Positions 39,223 through 42,623 of a DNA stretch of 42,623 nucleotides are shown one piece after another. The stretch spans positions 1 to 42,623 of IMG/VR virus record IMGVR_UViG_3300037851_000125; one strand, 5' to 3'. The translations under genes were made by a program, and so were the position numbers. The notes under the pieces were generated by a model, which searched no databases, had not been told where the DNA came from, and saw only the letters and a list, made by a program, of their open reading frames with translations. Numbering within the stretch: the first letter of the stretch is position 1; every line of letters starts with the position of its first letter. The DNA comes from a virus (taxonomy: Duplodnaviria; Caudoviricetes).

Positions 39223-39579
39223 ATGGATAAAATAGATAAAATATTAACTAATAAATGGTTAATTGTTCCGATAATAGCTTTAATAACTTATTATTGGTGT
39301 GTTATTTTTGAACCAGACATGAATATTATAGATATAATTACAACCGTAATTATATGTTCAATATTTGGAGGACTTTTATTAATAATTTACTCTATGATTC
39401 CTAAGCATATTTCTATAAGAGGAGTAATTCATTGGAAATCTGGCTCTATTACTAAAACAGGAATATTTCATAGTTTCAAAGAATATCAAGAGTGGTTAGA
39501 TGAATTTTTAGAAGAAAACTATTGTCATATTGAGGATTTTTACTATGAATATGCAGACGGGAAAAATGAGGAGCCATAG
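39223..39579 (+). CDS. Membrane protein with two TM helices
   Basis: Two hydrophobic segments and a soluble C-terminus. Confidence 0.6.
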   Translation: MDKIDKILTNKWLIVPIIALITYYWCVIFEPDMNIIDIITTVIICSIFGGLLLIIYSMIPKHISIRGVIHWKSGSITKTGIFHSFKEYQEWLDEFLEENYCHIEDFYYEYADGKNEEP

Positions 39580-39682
39580 GTTTAACTTTGGCCCTCATAA
39601 AGGAAAACTTTATCTTGAAATATTTAAGCTAGATAAAGACTATATTAAGTTTTGTTTACAACATAATTTAATAAAATTGTAA
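39566..39682 (+). CDS. 38-aa protein with an FGxHKG motif (DUF3820/ExoX C-terminal-like)
   Basis: Not in the track: FNFGPHKGKLYLEIFKLDKDYIKF. Confidence 0.45.
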   Translation: MRSHRFNFGPHKGKLYLEIFKLDKDYIKFCLQHNLIKL

Positions 39683-39981
39683 AGAAACAAGCTACTTAAC
39701 TCTATTATATTGTAAAATATAAAACTCGATTTATAAAATTAGGATTGGTAGTGTTAGAGTGTGGAGTTAAGTAGCTTTTATCTTAATAATGTTTAATAAC
39801 TGGGCATGTTTAATTTAATACTAAAAATAATGATAGCAATAGTAATTATTTTAGCAATAGTTGGTTTTATTAAAATCGTTATTGTGGGTGTTGTAGCAGA
39901 CCAAAAAGCAGAATACAAGATCTATGGTCGTAAAAATGAAAGTTATGACCAATTTTGCAAACGATACTACATAAGATACAT

Positions 39982-40101
39982 ATGAGTAGTGGCGGTAAAA
40001 GAAAAGAGGCTGGCAGACCAAAAGCCGCCCCTACAAATGTAAACATCAAGGCACTCAGGCTCATAGCGGCATTTTGCCTACTTGCTGTTAGGTGTCTGTA
40101 A
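39982..40101 (+). pseudogene. Probable truncated GGxRxxAGRP small DNA-binding gene fused to the first cassette boundary
   Basis: MSSGGKRKEAGRPKAAPT...LLAVRCL*; the last codons run through the GTTAGGTG box. Confidence 0.35.
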
Positions 40102-40331
40102 AAAATAAATTTAGCGTGGGCTTTAAAAACGAAAAAGTGGAAACACTAATTGATATTTGGCTAAGAGTTGAGTACGTTGTTTATTGGACTGAATGGCTCG
40201 GAAGTATGGCAATATGGAATATATCAACTTGGGTTGGTTTTGGAATAGGATTGTTATCTTTTGTTATATGGTTTGTAATATTGAATATATTTAGTAGAAT
40301 GAATGGTGATGGATGGGTTTGGAACTGGTAG
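40092..40331 (+). CDS. Cassette 1 membrane protein (start uncertain)
   Basis: Trp-rich hydrophobic ORF between boxes 40087 and 40368. Confidence 0.5.
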   Translation: MSVKNKFSVGFKNEKVETLIDIWLRVEYVVYWTEWLGSMAIWNISTWVGFGIGLLSFVIWFVILNIFSRMNGDGWVWNW

Positions 40332-40503
40332 CTGTGCGGTGGAAAATTTATTTTTTATTGCACCTAACGGCTGACGGTATGGTTTAGTAAAGGCTGACCA
40401 CTATTGACCAATTGAAGAAATAAACTTAATTCAGCCTTTATTAACTATACCGCTTGTTAGCGTTTCGTTTTTGAGCGTTGGCGGTACAAAAAACACAAAT
40501 AAA

Positions 40504-40665
40504 ATGAAAGAAATTATTGAAAAGTATGAAGCAAAGTTGGAATTTATAAACAAAAGTTTAGATAAAACAAAACACTTAATGGATAGCGATACGGTTAAAA
40601 TGATGCAAGATGTAAAAACTTTGCTTGAAGAGGTTGTAGATGATTTTAGAGCGTTGGCTAAATGA
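40504..40665 (+). CDS. Cassette 2 small helical protein
   Basis: ATG at 40504 (MKEIIEK); the TGA stop overlaps the AACGCTAAC box. Confidence 0.55.
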   Translation: MKEIIEKYEAKLEFINKSLDKTKHLMDSDTVKMMQDVKTLLEEVVDDFRALAK

Positions 40666-40736
40666 ACGCTAACGGTTGATAATATGTTACGTGCCGAATA
40701 CAAGGCACATAGTTACAAATACTTAAAAATTTTGAT

Positions 40737-40997
40737 ATGAAAAACAAACTAAAAAAATGGCTACAACGCAAGGCATGGAATATATTATATATTGTACGCA
40801 GTTATTGTGCGGTGGCGATGTATAGTATTGGAAAGAAACCAGCTTGCAGTACTTTTATTGATGAAGTAAGTATAACTGCTGGATATGGCAAATTGAACGA
40901 TATGGGGGGTTTCCAATACGATTTGCCGAAACGATATGTTCGTAAATTATTCAAAGGCTGTGATAAATGGAAAGACTATTTGGAAAAATGTGCGTAG
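40737..40997 (+). CDS. Cassette 3 hypothetical protein
   Basis: Starts inside the spacer hairpin and stops just before TAATTGCGTACAAC. Confidence 0.55.
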   Translation: MKNKLKKWLQRKAWNILYIVRSYCAVAMYSIGKKPACSTFIDEVSITAGYGKLNDMGGFQYDLPKRYVRKLFKGCDKWKDYLEKCA

Positions 40998-41091
40998 GCT
41001 AATTGCGTACAACGATGGGTATATGATTTCGTGCCGGATTACGAGGCACGAAACTGTCAAAATAGTCATAACCTAATAAACTATAATACAA

Positions 41092-41298
41092 ATGAATACA
41101 ACACAAACCCCCCAATTGCATAACCATAGTGTTAACAACCGTTTTTCAATTATCAAAACGATACTTTTAGATTTCGTATTATTTGCTATAGTAGATAACG
41201 AACTGAATAAAGTAGTTTGTCATTTGGTATATGATAATGGAGAGCAATACTGCGATGAAATGGCTAACAAAATGTTAGATGGTTTAAATGGTTGCTAA
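41092..41298 (+). CDS. Cassette 4 hypothetical protein
   Basis: Its TAA stop is part of the GCTAAC box. Confidence 0.55.
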   Translation: MNTTQTPQLHNHSVNNRFSIIKTILLDFVLFAIVDNELNKVVCHLVYDNGEQYCDEMANKMLDGLNGC

Positions 41299-41446
41299 CG
41301 GTTGGCAATATAAAACGTGCTGGATTATGAAGTACGAACATATCCGACCGTACAAACTTTGAAACGAGAACTAATATTTAATAACCGCACGAAGCCCAGT
41401 ATGTTTTACATTGCGTGTTGTGCGTAGTGCTTAAATAATTAAAATA

Positions 41447-41773
41447 ATGTCGCAAGAAAAAAACTGTGCATTTCAGTATGCAAAAATGAGTGGTCAAATT
41501 TTCATAGATACAAAGATTGTATGTGATGAAACAGAATTGACCTTAGAACAGGCAAAAGAACTGTGGAATAAATATTTTCCAGACTGTGCAAAACACATAA
41601 AAAGCGGAGGTACTTGTGAAATGGTTCTTTGGATAAATATGCTCACACCTCAATCTTATAGCGATAGTTTGCAATATATTTCAACAGATGCCGAAAGTGA
41701 TGGGGTATCAATTTGGGAAACTAAAAAAACATATTTTACAAAAGAATTTAAAGTTGAGCAGGCTGTATCTTAG
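41447..41773 (+). CDS. Cassette 5 hypothetical protein
   Basis: The stop abuts the degenerate box AGCATTACGCCTAA. Confidence 0.6.
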   Translation: MSQEKNCAFQYAKMSGQIFIDTKIVCDETELTLEQAKELWNKYFPDCAKHIKSGGTCEMVLWINMLTPQSYSDSLQYISTDAESDGVSIWETKKTYFTKEFKVEQAVS

Positions 41774-41877
41774 CATTACGCCTAAAGGTTGCCGATAACG
41801 GCAAGCAGGTATGGTTAGTTGCCTGTTGAATAACCCATTGACCGTAATACGAGTTATAAACTTTAAAATATTGTGCG

Positions 41878-42177
41878 ATGGATATAAATGAAAAAGGTTA
41901 CTTATTAGGAATATGTTTTTGGTTAGAAAAACAACCAGAAGCAAAGGAATTTGATAAAACAGATGAAAGAAGTTTGTTTTACCACACAGCCCCATTAACA
42001 TTTGCAAAGTTGATATTACGGTATGTGCGTGAGCAAAATGCTGATACGAGTGATGGGCAATTAACTATACCTGCTGTTAGCAATCCGTTAAGTTGCATTG
42101 GTTGCAAATACAACAACACAACTAATGATGAACTTTGCGAAACATGTGGGGATACTTATAAAAATAAAGCAACTTAA
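41878..42177 (+). CDS. Cassette 6 protein with C-terminal CxxC..CxxC
   Basis: Reads through the right arm (GQLTIPAVSN); the stop lies within the end box. Confidence 0.6.
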   Translation: MDINEKGYLLGICFWLEKQPEAKEFDKTDERSLFYHTAPLTFAKLILRYVREQNADTSDGQLTIPAVSNPLSCIGCKYNNTTNDELCETCGDTYKNKAT

Positions 42178-42235
42178 TTGTTGCTAACGGTCGAGTGTAT
42201 GACAAGATTAACCAAACTATTAAAAATTATATATT

Positions 42236-42370
42236 ATGCTAAAGCTATTATTGATCGGAATATTAATATTCCTATGTATAAAAATATCAAAGAAAAGATA
42301 TAAGATTCATAAAACTTTTGAAGAAACAAAATATGGCTATAATATTAATAAAAATAGACACTGTAGCTAA
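42236..42370 (+). CDS. Small membrane peptide (44 aa)
   Basis: MLKLLLIGILIFLCIKISKKR... Confidence 0.35.
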   Translation: MLKLLLIGILIFLCIKISKKRYKIHKTFEETKYGYNINKNRHCS

Positions 42371-42623
42371 AACTACAGAAACTCTATATGAACCTATAGA
42401 TTTAACAGAATTAGCAAGGTTTAGTCCTGAATATATTATTTCTATTGTTTGTGAATACTTTAATATTGATTCTTTGAAACCTAAAAGAGGGATATACTCA
42501 CAAGCTAAAATAGTAGCATCAGTATTAATTGAAGAATTATTATCCTTACCTAATCATGTAATTTGTAGTATGGTAGGATATTCTCTTAATAAAAACTCTG
42601 CAAATATAATTAGTAGAAACAAA
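42333..42623 (+). CDS. DnaA domain IV-like HTH protein, runs off the window end
   Basis: Not in the track: ...FSPEYIISIVCEYFNI...QAKIVASVLIEELLSL..VI..MVG resembles the DnaA C-terminal helix pattern. Confidence 0.5.
   Translation, partial: MAIILIKIDTVAKTTETLYEPIDLTELARFSPEYIISIVCEYFNIDSLKPKRGIYSQAKIVASVLIEELLSLPNHVICSMVGYSLNKNSANIISRNK

Larger units (their letters stand above)
40060..42205. mobile_element. Array of about six small gene cassettes bounded by attC-like sites; no integrase in the window
   Basis: Each segment starts GTT (or ATT) and ends with its own reverse complement ..AAC; the intervening spacers carry their own inverted arms. Confidence 0.65.

Noticed and set aside
39879-42007. 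Minus-strand ORFs 39879-40064, 40431-40703 and 41708-42007, and also 36620-36817
   Set aside because: They are antisense to better plus-strand ORFs, and several cross cassette boundaries.
40060-42205. CRISPR array or invertase shufflon as explanation for the repeats
   Set aside because: The boxes are not constant-sequence direct repeats, the spacers are gene-sized, all genes face one way, and no cas or invertase gene is present.
1-42623. Stop-codon reassignment (TAG or TGA), known in some Crassvirales
   Set aside because: TerL, portal, MCP and fibres are full length in the standard code, and TAG and TGA end genes at sensible junctions (for example portal ends in TAG).

Overview
AT-rich fragment of a crAss-like (Crassvirales-type) phage of a Bacteroidota host, read with the standard genetic code. 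Bases 1-35.8 kb are minus-strand: HTH and nuclease genes, many small ORFs, then the crAss-type virion module (TerL, portal, scaffold-like protein, major capsid protein, ring and auxiliary capsid proteins, fibres, lysis genes, HU/IHF-like, ring and muzzle proteins). A ferritin and two SGNH-esterase fibre-like genes are inserted in this module. A non-coding strand switch at about 35.8-36.6 kb carries 21-bp-period repeats. It is followed by a plus-strand, hairpin-rich region and a CpG-richer array of small genes separated by attC-like (integron cassette-like) structured sites at 40.06-42.2 kb, with no integrase in the window. Three signals stand out. (1) Small ORFs behind their own promoter at 33.5-34.5 kb carry short peptides resembling the capsid C-terminus, a terminase nuclease motif and a portal motif, possibly decoys against pattern-sensing anti-phage defences. 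(2) The attC-like cassette array, whose genes can start inside the putative recombination hairpins. (3) An identical 31-bp sequence at the 3' end of both SGNH fibre genes, 10 kb apart. All family assignments come from motif recognition and gene order, not from database searches.
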